This document shows positions 13,885 through 28,189 of a stretch of 64,000 nucleotides of DNA, in pieces. The notes beneath the pieces are model-generated. The model searched no databases. It was given only the letters and a program-made list of their open reading frames with translations, and was not told the DNA's origin. The DNA comes from Alloascoidea hylecoeti (lineage: Eukaryota): assembly GCA_001600815.1 (NCBI GenBank), contig BCKZ01000023.1, positions 124,001 through 188,000 on the forward strand, in the 5' to 3' direction. Each line of letters starts with the position of its first letter. Within the stretch, counting starts at the first letter, position 1. Both the position numbers and the translations under genes were made by a program.

Positions 13885-16689
13885 AAGAGGGCAAACGCTG
13901 TGCGGAAGCGGTGACGCGTACTTTTTTAGTGGGAATTGGGAGTTTGGATTTGGAAGTTTGGATTTGATTTGGGATTTGGAAGGGAAAAAGGAAAAAAAGC
14001 AACCTTCAGAGGCTCCTTTTCCGGCGCTCGTAGTTCTAGACTCGGTAGCTGCATGCATTCGTCCTGCGGACCCGCATACGCACACAGGGGACCGCGTGTG
14101 CCTCGCTGCCCCTGGCCCGTTTAAGGGCTTTCAGGACTTCCTCCATGCACCTCCGCAGCCCAACCGGTCCAAAAATGGCCCCAAACGGCTCCAGATGTGT
14201 GCACGTGCGATGGTACATGTGCGGAGTGGTTGTGTGCACAGCAGTAGCCTAGCCACAACGCCAATGTCGCAAAACCTGTAAATGTGCCTCTGCATCTCAC
14301 TATATTGTACAATAATACTGCAATTGACATCTTCAAAATTTCTGTTGTGATCTGAAAGAAGTTTCAGAATATAATATTCCTCATATTACTCCTACTATGT
14401 GTATTTATCATCTCTTTGTTTGTGCTCTATAGCGCTAGCTGTAAAATTTAAGCTAGTGGAGATCAAAAATTATCAGCGCGCGGTTTTGAATCTCAATAAG
14501 TTTAGATTTTAGATTATAATCAGAGTGTACAAAACCTGGACGCGTGGTACTGGTATTAGATAAGAATTCAAGTTGATCCTATCTAAGTCCAGGATATTGA
14601 TCGGTGTGAGTACGAGGGCACATAAAGAAATGCTTCTGCATAACAAAGACCTTTCGACCCACGTGTGCCTTATTTCCCCATTAGGCCACTGAGAGAATAG
14701 GAGCAGTAGTGGAACCCATGCAACCTTCTTGGTTTTCTGAGGAATCTGTCCTCGGGAATCCATGCTAACTGCCAATTTGCCAATATCGTTCAACCGAGTC
14801 ATCTATAATATGACCACAGAAGAGTAAATTAGATAATAGATATCATATATATATATCCTAAATGAAAATCATCTGCTAATACCCGGCCAATTGATTATTG
14901 ATTATATTACTTTGTTATTCTATTGGGCTATATATTATTCAATTAATTTCCTGTGTAATTAATATTTTGTCTTATTACCACAGAAATTTGTACGCTCTCA
15001 AAATAACAACATAATTATAAATGTTTTCATTTTGTTTCTTGTCTTCTTATGAAATATGGTTTAAAATTGATCCATTTTATCTCATTTTGTCCACCAGTAG
15101 CCTTTTGTTTCAAATAACGGAAGCAAACGGCATTATTATTAATGCTGCCACTTTACTTATTCAACTAGGAGCTGGTATCTTGGGTGTCGATGGTCTGTTG
15201 CAACTATCGATATCTAACGTTAACAGGAAAAGAGATACAGCGGAAAATGGCGTGGTGAAATTAGATATCGATATATTTAAACTAGTGGGTGCCAAAAAAA
15301 AAAAAAAAAAAAAAAAAAACCACCAACTACCTAGGCGCCTAATAATGTATTGTATTATGGTGTGAGACTGTGTGCCACTGAAAATGAACAAAATGTTTCG
15401 GCAGCGAAATTCTGCTTTCTAGAAAATATTCATGCAATTGTGCATACCACGCCATGAGGAAATATCCTAGCAAACATATGCATTCGATCATCCATATAAA
15501 GTAGATTTTGCTGATTTTGTATGCTGGTCACGTGATTATCTGCAAGCGTGACCTCATTTTTCAACTCTTTGCAATTGTTTATGCTGGATGCCAATATGCA
15601 CATAGTTGAGAAATAGGGACAAAAGATAAGTGGAAAAATTTATTTGAAACAATAATATTTAGATTTCCTATTTATCTACCTTTTTATCATCTTTAGTATA
15701 TAGATGAATTGATTTTGGTTAACACTTTCAGTAAGGGAGGTTGAATTTTTTTAGTTTTCCTAAAAGTTGTTCATTTTCAGTGGCATGCACTATATAAATA
15801 TTCAAGCTTGATCTGGCATTGTCTAATGCGTACCTGCAGTAATATATACTTAATCATATACATAAGTAGGTTATTATTATAATCTTAAAATTGTAAAAAA
15901 AATCTATATACATATGCATATTCCTATAAAAGGATCATAGAGAGGGTATATAATAAACTGTAGCCAACATACACCCACTGGTCAGCGGTCATTCTTGGTG
16001 TAAGGTTGCAACTATTTATCACTGGTGAACTCTTTGAACCTTAATGCATATGGCTTTTAAGACGTTGTTAATACTGTTATCGTTAACGTTGTAAACGTTG
16101 ATTCATTCGTTTGAAAAAAATTGAGTACTGGTGGTGTCAACGTCACCTCTCTGCTGCAAAGATTCAGGCACGCTAAGTCTTGGGACCGTTCCACATGATT
16201 TCAGTGATTCCACATATTTCAATTTGTTGCAAACTATAAGTTATATACTTCTGACTTCTAATACATGAAGTTCAATTTCAAACTCTAAAATTGGTATGTA
16301 TTTTCGCCTCTTTAACAGAAAAGGTTCAAAGTTGCAGTAAACAGTGAATAAAGTAGGTCACGGCTGAGATCCTCAGGAACCATATATATATTTTGGGCAT
16401 GATTTCCGCTTAACTTTAATTATAATTAAGCAGTGACAATGGCATACACACCTATTTGAAAAATGAAATAGCAATGTGGGTAGAGAGTTTGGGATTGGGT
16501 TAATAACTTATATAAGGTTATATCAGGCCTTATGCCCATATGAAATTTTGTCAATTGCAAGAATTTAAGAGTTGAAATATTAATTATAATTACATAGAAT
16601 ACTGTCAGGTTCTCATAAATCATAGCTATAAATAGTAAGTAAATAACAACCCGGTTTCTGGTCGACCAGCTTAACTATGGGTCATAACC

Positions 16690-17160
16690 GCCTAACCACT
16701 GATTGACGAAGAAAAGTGGTTATCACCATTTCTCTTCAAATATCTTCCTACCGGTAGTCAATCCAAACTGTTCAATTCGGTTTATCAACATTACCTACAC
16801 CGAACTGTTTCCGTTTTTTTTCGTCCGTACCAAGTAAACCCTCCTGTCATATATATTGTAGAAGATCATCGACGTGCATTTTTACACCGGAGGAACTTCG
16901 GATTCTAAGAAGTGAGCTATTTGTTGATGTTGCAAACCCGAAGTTGTAATGGCAGTTTTTATCAACTATTTTCACACTCACCTCAGCCCATCCAAAATCA
17001 TTCTAATGCCCCTTTCTTTGATTTATTGAAAGATTCGGCTTCATCTCTTCTCGGGGTCAAAAATTTCTGCTCTGTAGTGATTCCAATGTTGCATAGTGGT
17101 TCTTTAGGCTTTCTTACTTTTAGGGAACCTGGTTTTTGAGATGTATGGGTGTAAATGTCA
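16690..17160 (-). pseudogene. Possible MULE (Mutator-like) transposase relic
   Basis: Broken minus-strand frames give LIKTAITTSGLQHQQIAHFLESEVPP...IFYNIYDRR and PLFFVNQW, loosely resembling MULE N-terminal motifs. Many stops. Confidence 0.3.
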
Positions 17161-18068
17161 CTGTATAACTCAGGTTACTAGTTTCGGGTTGAAGGCTAAA
17201 ACAGTTTAGTATGGTCAACGAGGCTTGCACGTGCACTCTAATCATCATTAGATCGATGTAGATAATTATTCTTCAACTATAAAACTGCTCTATCCTCGCT
17301 TATATCCTCACAAACACATGCAAGTTATACAGCTCTACATATAGTCGGAGATATTCTTTAATTATAATTAATATATATACTATTACATAGCTGCCCTATT
17401 TATAGTATTCGAATTCTAGAGTGAGTTGAATATAACAAGTGACAACCGTATTGGTTCTGAAAATCATCTTGGCTGAACCACCCCATGCCAAATGCTCGTA
17501 AAATCTAAGTTTATAAAATAAATACTACCAGATTCTCCGGATCCCGTATCTCACTGAAGATTAGTACCTTTTATATTTATAATGATATAAAGGTGGTACA
17601 TGTATTACAGAAACCGAATACAAGCTAACAGTAAACTCTCTCAAAATTATCTGCCCTGGTTTGGCGTGTCACAATTGGTTTCTGTAATACGATTAAATAC
17701 ATTGATATTTGGTAAAGTTTAAAAAATGTTCTAGTGATGTGCGAATGGTTGTTATTCAACTCAGTGAATTCACCCTATACCGTAGCTATAATATACAGAA
17801 TGAAGGCTGAAACTGATATTAATAGTAATAATACTACATCATTAAGCACTTGTATACCAAAAATCAGCTAATTAATGGCAATTACAATTGGATGATACTT
17901 TACGCTTAAGCTTATATATATTAGCTGTAATCGTAGCTATAGCTATATCTGTAAAAAAAAAACAAGTTTAAATGTATAGATACAAAATGTAAAGTAGAAC
18001 TGGCACAGCAGATAAGTTTATATATTTACAAAATGATTCATGAATAGTTTCATTACAGTTGATCAACC

Positions 18069-18326
18069 TTAAAGCTCAACAATATATCCAGGATTACTCT
18101 TACGAGCAAGATGTTCTTCAGCCCGTGTTTTTGGTTCTGTAACAATTTGCACTTTGACAAGCTCTTTGACCCTAAAAATCATCCCAGCTGATATAGGTGT
18201 GACCTTTTGGTAAACAGTATATCCAGTGTGTCGTAGGCCTAGTGCTACTAATGTTTTGACGATTTTAGGTCCCAAGCCAATGGACGATCGGTGTTGTGTT
18301 ATTCTATAGTATAGTGGTGCAACCAT
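18069..18326 (-). CDS. MRPL33: Mitochondrial ribosomal protein uL30m
   Basis: YYRITQHRSSIGL...LVALGLRH...AGMIFRVKELVKV...RKSNPGY. Confidence 0.92.
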   Translation of the reverse strand: MVAPLYYRITQHRSSIGLGPKIVKTLVALGLRHTGYTVYQKVTPISAGMIFRVKELVKVQIVTEPKTRAEEHLARKSNPGYIVEL

Positions 18327-18573
18327 TTTCCTTTGTATGGTTTTATTAAAGTCGTAAGAGTTTGTTGAGTATCCAAATATAAGATCTTAAGAAGGATTGA
18401 TTGGTTGACAGAAAATTAAACATCTGGAAGGTGAAATTTAATCAGCGTCCGGGTAAGTGAATAATTGATACGATACACCCATGCATCACACAATTGGTAA
18501 TTTCGCGTCGTTTTCGTGTTGGCTATGTTTAAACGCACTTTTACAAATTCAATTTTAATTGAAATCCTTAGAA

Positions 18574-20631
18574 ATGGACGAGGACGAGGAAGAGATTGAA
18601 GAATCGAAGGTAATAAATCTTTTATTTTCCTGTGATTTAATTTTCAGAACTAATCCCATTTTAGGTTTATAATTTCAAAGAAGTGATCCTCTATGTTATT
18701 GACGCTTCTCCATCGATGCTAGCCAAAGGACCTAACGATGGACTCAGCAAAGTCGAAATGATTTTAGAAAGTGCCTATGAAGCTATGAGAAATCTTATAA
18801 TTAGTCATCCTGAAGGTGTATTTGGAATAACCTTCTTTAATTGTGCTTCTAACTGGGAAGTCGAAGAGTCTACACCTGGGATTTCTCATTTGATAGATCT
18901 AACTCCATTGGCGGCTGAAGGGCTTAAAAAGATCAACGAAACAATTGAAGGTAGGTGAAGCTTTATTGGTTTTCTCCATATCTATATGATACTAATAAAT
19001 CTAAGGACGTGCAACTAGCATTATTTCGTCAAAAGAAGCGGTGTCGCTGCCTGATATATTTTCAGTCATTAAAGATCGATTTCGTGATAGGTATGTTTCT
19101 AGTTTTTTTATGGTGTGGTGAACTAGTTTCTCTAATAACTATAATAAGATTGAATAATCGACATAATCGCAAAGTATTATATTTCACTGATAATGATGAT
19201 CCCCACAATAGCGATGAGAGCCAATATAGAGCAACCAGGAATATCGCAAAAGATTTGGATGATGAAAAAATCAACATCTACCCATTTCTTATCAATCCTA
19301 ATGAGAATAAAGTATTTGATATCACTAAATGCTATGAGGTATGTACAAACATTGAAAGTTCATATAAATTTCTCTGATTACTCACAGCCAATTAGGAAAT
19401 ATTTAGGGTCAATGCAACAGACGAAGATGGTATTTTTGTGGGACCTCTAGTTAAATCGGTAAATACAAAACAACTCAAATCGCTCATTGATTATCGGAAT
19501 AGAGTTAAAAGGACCACATTTGTCGCATTGTTAGAAATAGGCCCCAATTTAAAAATTGAAGTGAAAGGTTATACTCTCTATAATCGTTTAACTAAAACTA
19601 AAAAGTGTTACGCTTATGCCATGGGTGATGATATAAAAATTGTCCACGCTAAAATGAAACCATTCTCGGCAATAACAGGGAAGGAAGTAGATGAGAAAGA
19701 TATTAAACGCACATTTTCTGTCGGTGCTGAATTTGTTCCCTTTTCCCAAGAGCAAATGGAGAAGATTAAAGAATTGGAAATAGAGACTCCCATAATTCGT
19801 ATAGTCGGATTCAAAAAATTGAAAAATGTACTTAAGCCCGGTTATAATACTAAAAGCAGTCCTCTTATTTATCCAATAGATACAAATTATCAGGGATCGA
19901 CTAAAGCCTTTTCTTGTTTGCACCAAGCATTGATTCAAAAGGGCAAAGTAGCTATTGCTTGCGGAGTTCTTAGAAAGAATTCAACTCCAGTAATGTATGC
20001 ACTAGTACCTTCTTCATCAACCGTTGATACCAATGAAAGCAGTTCAGATCAATATTCATCTTCGCCGAATGGGTTATTCATGATAAGACTACCGTTTATT
20101 GATGATATTCGGGCGACACCTGAATCTTTTGTTGTAGCTGAAGCCTCTGAAGAATCAATTGATGCTGCTAGAGCTGTTGTATCCAAATTGATTTTTAAGA
20201 ATGGATATTCACCTCAAAAATATCCAAACCCTGGAATTGATTATTTCTATCAAAATCTTCAAGCCATAGCCATTGACGAACCATTAATAACTCAAATTAA
20301 AGATCGTTCATATCCTAAATATAACAATATCAGGAAACATGCTGGTACTCTCCTCGAAAAGTGGAACGAGGAGATATCAAATGATTTGAATGCAAAGGGT
20401 AGTCTCTTTCAAGACGTGCTTCCCAAGAAAACAGCCAAACCAAAATCAGATAAACAAATTGGGCGACCAGAATTAACCACTGAACTAGCTATTGAAGCTA
20501 TAGAAAACAATTCCTTATCAAAATATACAGTGAAACAGTTGATACAATGGATGGAAAGTATTGATTTAAAATATAGATCAAAACTAAAGAAAGATCTCAT
20601 AGACACAATCGAAAGGCACTTCTCAGAGTGA
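18574..20631 (+). CDS. KU70: Ku70 DNA end-binding protein, exons 18574-18609, 18665-18950, 19006-19090, 19149-19338, 19396-20631
   Basis: Four in-frame GT-AG introns. vWA start VILYVIDAS, FTDNDDPH, Ku core GSTKAFSCL, LPFIDDIR, YPNPGI, C-terminal SAP-like helix pair (LSKYTVKQL...KKDLIDTI). Confidence 0.92.
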
Positions 20632-20999
20632 TGAATATTGTGATCATAATAATATAGCATACCAAGTACCAACACTTAGGCAATAATAAGCATATATTTT
20701 ATAGTATCACTTCTTCAAAAGATGAGTTTTAAGGTGGTTAAGATTGATCGTAATCTTTAATCTATAATGATAAAATATGTAATAAACTTACATTTAGGTA
20801 TACCGGTATAATGGGTCTCTTTTTCATAGACCCTAGGAAAGAGTACATTATTCAATTAATATCAATGCGTTAAATCGTAGAAAAGCCAGTCCTTCACACC
20901 ACACTATTAATAAAGTGATGAGATTAAGTGAATTTTACTATGCAAAATACCATTTTTAATAATCTATGCTTGTGGTTGAAATATAACAATAGTAGGAGT

Positions 21000-21250
21000 A
21001 ACATTTTTTGTCCGCGAACTGCTTTCTGATGGTAAGTGTGTTGTTTTTTGAGGATACCATAACTAGTTTTAACTGCATTCGCTCAGATAACTCACTAAAT
21101 TATCATAGTCTCCCTGTCTCTTTGCTCTTAAGCGAATCGGAGAGGTAAGAGGTACACCCTGTACGTTGAGATGACTTCAATCCGTTAACGCGTTACTTGA
21201 TAATCGTGATCGGGATATACTCAAACCTTTGTGATATAGCCTATACTAAA
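21000..21250 (-). pseudogene. pogo/Fot1-like transposase N-terminal HTH relic
   Basis: Minus strand AISQRFEYIPITIIK*RVNG resembles VSKKFSVPRSTLNDRFNG of the element at 48969. Confidence 0.35.
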
Positions 21251-21845
21251 TAATTCCGCTCTCTGAAAACTAATTCAAATATCATGCATAGTTTCACGCT
21301 CTTTATTGAAATAATATGTTAACCAATATTAATAGTAAAGTGAGGGAAGTGAGGGCCAATCTTTCTTAAGCTTTGACTGATGTTTCATTTCATTATATGT
21401 TTAAAAATTACTGCAGCTTTCTAAGATGCTTACTTATAATATTGTGTAAATAAAAGCTTAATTATAAGTCATATACGGCTGAGTTTGACTAATTACTTAT
21501 GGTAATTGGTAATTGGTAATTAGCAGTGTTTTTTTACCTCTCAAAATTAAAACTTTTTCAGATTTATTAATATATGAAGTATATTATAATTATATATTGA
21601 ATTTTTATAAACAAAAGATTTTATAACACAAAAAAATATGCAAAGAGAAAATATGTATAAGCCTTATAAAATGTTTTAGGTAATAATGCTAGACCCCGAA
21701 TATAATTTTAACATTTCATATCCTATAAATAAATATAATCATAAATGTTGGGCCCCTCAATTATTCTAATTATAATAATAGTACAGGAATATCAATATAA
21801 AGGGAAAAAGGAAAAAGAAACAATTATAAAAATAAAATTTGAAAT

Positions 21846-23681
21846 TTAATCGGAATAATCCTCTTTACAAAGCTTGGCTCTAATTCTAGGTCCAAATTTG
21901 TAGAATAGAAGAGGAATGCAAACCATTGCCATTGAAATAAAAGCGAGTAACCAACTTGCCCACTGCAAGCCTAGTTTATGATACATTTGTGTTGTAAATA
22001 GTGGAAAAGCAGCACCTCCAGCAGATCTAACGAAAACTTTGGCAGCTAATGCAGAAGCAGCATATTTGGCATAAGCATCGATGATATAATTGTTAACCGA
22101 GTAGTAAACCATAACCATACCATAACCAAAGGCCAAACCAGCAGATGCAGGTCCTACCCAAATTATATGTTTATATGAAGTAGCACCAAGAATCCAAAGT
22201 GCAATTGGAATAAATGGAGCTCCAATCATTGCTCCGATAAGACGATCTTCAGGTATTGGTTTTCTTTGCTCGGCTAAAGCCATATATTTTTTCTCAACAA
22301 CTGGCGTAGTCATCAATGCAAAACAGGCACCCAAAACAATTGGAATGAACATTAAACCAATAATACCATCATTATAATTGTAAAGTTCACCAAATACTAC
22401 TGGATAAGCACAGAAAAAAGCATATAGTAATGAGTAGATCAACACAACATATAAATTCATGAGATCCAAAACAACTTCTGTAGCACAAAGATATAAAGGT
22501 CTAATCAAACATGTTTGTATGATCTCTTTCAATGACATCTTAACCATCTCCTGTTCTGTCATGATTTTAGGATTTCCTGTTTCCTCTCTCAATTTAGCAG
22601 CTCTCTTCTTCAGAATAACAGGCGCGTATGTTTCTGGGATTAAACCAACTAGAATAAGCATAACACCTGCAAAGGCCATATTTACCCAGAAGAATAAATC
22701 TAATCTTCCACTACCAATATTGATCCAACCACAGACAATTGGACCAACAACAGGGCCACAATATGGAGCAGCTGCAAAATATGCAATGGCCATACCTCTA
22801 GTTTTCTTGGGAAACATATCAGCAATTGTACCGCCAACTAAACTTAACCCAGAACTTGAGAAAACACCACAAAGAAATCGACAAACCAATAAGCCACCAA
22901 TATTTGGTGACAACGCACATGGAATATTAAAAATGACGTAAAGACTAAGTGAAATGATATAAACAGGTCTTCGCCCTATGAGTTCTGATAATGGAGACCA
23001 GATTAATGGACCAACAGCAAATCCTAACACCATCAGAGAACATGTTAAGATCGCAACTTCTTGAGAGACATTGTATTTTTCACTGATTAAACTTAAACCA
23101 CCAGTTACGCATGAGGAACCAAAAGCAACCGCCACTACTAGACCTGAAGCTATCATAGTATAGGTCCATTTCCAAGCGGATGACCAATTTTGTGGATTTT
23201 CAGGATCATTGATTAAAAAGGTAACAAATTCAGCCTCGGGGTCTACTTCTGTTTTCTGTTTTTCTAGATCTGATTCGGCTTGAGCTGTTATTGTGTGTAC
23301 TCGTGCCAAACCGGATCTTGCTGTTCGGACACGACCTAAACTTTGTAATGTTTGAGCTGGGACGAAACCTGTTGTAGTCTCCATTGTGTATTCTTCGGGG
23401 AACATTGGATCCTGTGCACCATTTATTGTGACATTAGCATCTGGAATTGAAGGAACATTAGTAAGTCCCATTTCTTGTAAAGATTTTGCTGTTTCCGTTC
23501 GATATAGTGATAGTCTATTTGAGGATCGGCTACCTACTTTTGAGATTTGTTGGTCTAGGTCACCTTCGACTAACGGAACAGGATTGATCCCTTGCGATTG
23601 TAAACTTGAAGTATCTGAATGATCATCTGATGATGGTGATCCGTACTTTTGATTTGATGTATTTGAAGATATGGACTCCAT
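21846..23681 (-). CDS. MFS DHA1 polyamine/drug:H+ antiporter (Tpo2/Tpo3-like)
   Basis: About 12 hydrophobic segments; DPENPQNWS, WSPLSELIGRR, PETYAPVIL and AASALAA DHA1 motifs; N-terminal FPEEYTMETTTG as in Tpo2/3. Confidence 0.9.
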   Translation of the reverse strand: MESISSNTSNQKYGSPSSDDHSDTSSLQSQGINPVPLVEGDLDQQISKVGSRSSNRLSLYRTETAKSLQEMGLTNVPSIPDANVTINGAQDPMFPEEYTMETTTGFVPAQTLQSLGRVRTARSGLARVHTITAQAESDLEKQKTEVDPEAEFVTFLINDPENPQNWSSAWKWTYTMIASGLVVAVAFGSSCVTGGLSLISEKYNVSQEVAILTCSLMVLGFAVGPLIWSPLSELIGRRPVYIISLSLYVIFNIPCALSPNIGGLLVCRFLCGVFSSSGLSLVGGTIADMFPKKTRGMAIAYFAAAPYCGPVVGPIVCGWINIGSGRLDLFFWVNMAFAGVMLILVGLIPETYAPVILKKRAAKLREETGNPKIMTEQEMVKMSLKEIIQTCLIRPLYLCATEVVLDLMNLYVVLIYSLLYAFFCAYPVVFGELYNYNDGIIGLMFIPIVLGACFALMTTPVVEKKYMALAEQRKPIPEDRLIGAMIGAPFIPIALWILGATSYKHIIWVGPASAGLAFGYGMVMVYYSVNNYIIDAYAKYAASALAAKVFVRSAGGAAFPLFTTQMYHKLGLQWASWLLAFISMAMVCIPLLFYKFGPRIRAKLCKEDYSD

Positions 23682-26600
23682 TTTGAATCAAATATATATA
23701 AATAAATAGATGCGACCTTAAGAAAGTCTATTAATGCTATATTGCAAATATTAATATTGTGTAGTATAATGAGAATCGACAAGGGAATTGCTGACATTAT
23801 ATACCCAGCCTTAAGGAATAGACGGCATAATCTCATTAATTTCTGTTGCTAATTTTACCCTAGAAAAATTTTCTATCCAAACCTAAGTTTTTCAATGAGG
23901 CCATCGAGCCGTATTCCGGTATTGAAGAGGGAGTAAAAGTAATAAAAGGGTGCAGTTTTCAAAGTCGCGCGGCAAAAACGGCCGCATGATTCACCTGCAG
24001 CTGCACAGATAGGCCAGATGTTGCAGGGACCATGGACAATAAAAATTAATCCGTATCTAATCGAGTGTTTCAAAACTTTGGCCACTCGACTGAATCGAAC
24101 AGCAAGAAGGTATCCAAAAGTGTGTAATGTGTATATGGTATTTATTCTTTAATCAATTTTTTTCTCATCAGCAAGAAAGTGTTGGGAGAGGTTTTAAAGG
24201 TGTTAGAATTTGTTGAGAAAAAGGGCAAATGCGATTATGATCAATTGCGCATAGCAACTTATTATAATATGGCTGGATGTAAAATAAAAAGGTTAATAAG
24301 CCGCGTCTTTAATTAAGATCAAGTCCCTGCAGATGCAGTTATTCGTCACTCACTCACAATATTAATTAATATTTACTGTGGATGTTGTACAACATATATT
24401 ATTAAATGCCATTTTATGGTAGAATATCCGTAGATTAGAGACAATCATGATTGGAAATGGATTTCACATCGACGTATCCTTAAATTTTATATGAAACTTC
24501 AAAGACATTTAGTGTAACTGGATATGAGATACACGAGCTCATAAATTCCATAATGTTTCACTCGGGCATCTATGAATCAAATTAATGTAAATATAATACT
24601 TTTCAGGTCTAAAATCATTGTATACGATATAAATGTATTTTCGAAGTAAACTATAGCTAGTACTATCTCATCCAACTAATTAATTAACTATAACTGATAC
24701 GGCTTCCTTGTTTATTATAAAACTATTATTTCGCATTTCTCAATTTAGCTATTAGGCTCATATTTGGATAATTATTTACTTATAGTCTTATATACTAATT
24801 ATATAAGTTTCCAATATAATTATATAGATATTTTCTTTTGTTAAACGTTGTGAGACAATAATTGGTTTGCATGGTAAATAATATTAATATTTTACATTGA
24901 TATATATTTGAAAGTTTTTATTCTAAAGATATAGCTACACTATTAATCAAAGCATACATAAAAGATATATAGACCCTCTTTTTATTATAGGGTAAGTTTA
25001 ACAAGTTACGTATCACCAACTGCATCTTATAAATTTTTAACCTTTCTCAGTTTCTAGGGATTCTTTTGGTTTTGTTATACGGCATTATGGCATGGATTCT
25101 AGGTATTTTAAAAAGTTAAGTTTTACGGAGCATGAAACTTCGAGATGATTTTCTGAACTTGCACGTAACTTACCGTGTATATAATAGTATAACTTATATA
25201 TATATACGTTTATGAAAATTTAACATTCCATTTCCGAGAGTGGTTAACTGTTGTCCTTTGACCTTAATATATTAGCTGTGAAATAGTGCTAACTAAGTGT
25301 AGTAATCAATATTGACAGCTGCAGAGTGCAGACTCATCTGTGCTCCTGCTTTAGATTAATATTATATTGCTAACGTTGTAATAAGTGCTAATAACCTTAT
25401 AATATTAATTATTAATTAATTAGTATTGAAGCAAATAATTATAAACGTGCTACACAAACACATTGTATCATGGTCATTGGCCAGCTGTAATTCATCGAGA
25501 ATCGAGATATACATGTACGGTATATGAATTTTGAACATGAATTGTTTCTTTTTTATTTTGGAAACAATAATGTGTATAATTCCCTTAACATTCCATTGCC
25601 AAATCCAACAGAATAAGCCATAGTTCACAGTTCATAACTTTACAGGATTATAACTAATCTAGATCTATACCCAACTACCATTACAAAATTACGAATACAA
25701 ATATTGACCATTGTAATCGCCAGCTATGGTTAATTATTTGGCACCAACTGCTCCTTGCTAATTAATAATACAATTGCAATATGTACTGCACACGCGAACC
25801 AATTTTAAATATCCTTAAGCTCACATAATAAAGAGTATAGATACTAGCACTAGAACTAGATAATAAGTTTATTAACAGTGGATATTAAACATATCGCCTA
25901 TTGCAAATTGCAATCAATCGCAATTATATGACATTTAATTATATAAGTACACTGCAATATAATTAATATAACCAATAACTCAACTATCCACACTCTGGAG
26001 TCTAATATTAATTGTACATGATTGTATGTATGGTTGGTAACTTGGCATATCGGGACTAATTATAAAATTAATTATAAATCTTCGTGGCAAGTTTTCAATT
26101 GCGGTATAGCTAGCGCTTAAGCTTCCAATCGAAAGTAACTAAGACATATTGGGTTTATAGGTATGTTTTGTACTCGCCAGAACATGTGGTGGCCGATATT
26201 TCAATGGTTGTAATTATGAGAATTGTAATAAATATAGTAGTTGCAACCCAATAAATTAATTGAAGCCCATATAATGACAAGGAATTCATAGACGTATAAT
26301 TATTTATAGATAAATCTTATATTATTTACCATTAGTCTATAACTAATAACAATATTATTTGCAAGAAAATTTGCTGTTTCCGATTATTATTATTGTTCCT
26401 TGATATCGACCGCGATCGCAAATGGATCCTTTTCCCCCAGGGTATATATGCAAATGCATTATATATGGAGTGCAGTCGTGGAAGCTTATTAGAACTTAGA
26501 AGGGTAAAAAAGAAGAGAAAAGGAATATATATTAATACATTTCGGCTTACAATACATTGTAATGCTATACCGGTATAAGTTATCAGCCGAAATTAATTAC

Positions 26601-27399
26601 GTGCGTATATCAATTAACATATAGTGGTAAACCCTGTAATTATGACTGATATAGGTAATCACTTGCATACATATATGTATGGAATATACATATGCATCTG
26701 AAAAGATAAGCTATGGTGAATCGTTCCACTGAATATAAACACCAAATATATAACGTCATTTATTATCATGTACTTAATTGATGATATTTGCTATTCTATC
26801 ATATTTCACGGTCATATTTCACGGTTGTCGAATCTTCAGCCGTAGTTGCAGCATAAAGATTCAAAAGTAAATACAATATTACTAATTTACTATTAAGTAT
26901 CAAGATCAGATTATTTATTTTAAGTTGGAATTATGTCATATAACTTATGCTTGTAGAAATTTTGGAATGGAGGTTATGACTTTCCGTATATAGATTCTAT
27001 ATTTTTATTTATAATAGACATAAGTTATAAATAAAAGCTGTATGTGTAAATGATAATACACGTGCACCAGCTGCAGGTATAGAATATAAGCTATGAGTTT
27101 TATATGATATGAAAAATCATGTGGAATAATTGGATTTTTAAGCATAAGTGTTAACTATGTAACGTTCACTTTTCATATTAAATATGTAATAGGATAAAGG
27201 TATATATTAATACATCCTTAAATTTATCCTTAAGCTGAAGGAGTTGACATCGAAGTTTTTGCAATTGAAAGAAAAAAGTTGCCAATTAGCTTATTTTTGC
27301 AAGAAATTTAAGAAAGTACATATGCATTGATCATATGGTATATGCTAAAACCAGTTTTGCACATCTAGCGGCATCTATAAAGTCTTTTTATAACATTTT

Positions 27400-27530
27400 A
27401 TAATGGAGTCACCCACATCTTGACTTAACATTTATCAATTTTAATGAAGTCTTTTCCAGTTTCTTTTGCCTTCGACACCAACCCTGCTTCTGTAGATAAT
27501 AACTAAAAATTGCACTCAAACTAGTATCAG
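27400..27530 (-). pseudogene. IS630/Tc1-like transposase HTH relic
   Basis: Minus strand SYYLQKQGWCRRQKKL resembles the T-I-x-R-x-L-x-x-x-G-W-S-R-K motif. Confidence 0.3.
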
Positions 27531-28189
27531 CAATATATATCCGAGTAAAATAATAATATTAATGAAGGTACAATCTTTTCATTCTTTCAGATATATTTAT
27601 AAGTCTTCAATACTGATTAACCTATAGCTATAATTATATATTTCTCAATTAATTATTCTTACGTACCACACAGAAGTGTTATTTTCTAAGCCTAGACACT
27701 TAACTTGTTATTATTAAATTGTTGCAATTAGTGTATATTATTTAGAGAAAGATTAGTGGATTAGCTAGATGGTCTTCTTTTAATATTATATATAGCGCTA
27801 TGCATATACATATGCATAGGCTCTTATCATAAAACGATTGTATATACATATGTAGGTCCATCTAGGAAATTACCCGATTGCAACCACTTAAAAAAGGTAT
27901 CATCAGTTTTTAATTAATTAGCTTTAAAACAAGATTTTGGTAACGGTATAAGTTATAACTCAATGTAATAATTATATTTATAAGTTATACAGTGTTTCGA
28001 CTTAATCTCAGCAATTGGATCAAAGTAAGCTTATAATTATAATTATTAACGTTGCAATTGAGAACGATCCGGATTATGTATTGGATCAAAATTTATCCGG
28101 AATTTACATACATATCTACCGGGAACCACAATACCCAAAATTTAAGATTTGAAAATTAATAGTTTTGTACACAAATACGAAACACGAAA

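Noticed and set aside
13457..14336. Several overlapping 60-180 aa ORFs and a 67-codon N-terminal extension of WHI3
   Set aside because: Expected by-product of stop-codon scarcity in the GC island; no recognisable domains.
23700..28100. 4.4-kb AT-rich gene-free stretch as a possible centromere or ncRNA locus
   Set aside because: No CDE-like elements, repeats or RNA-gene motifs seen; similar gaps occur elsewhere in the window.
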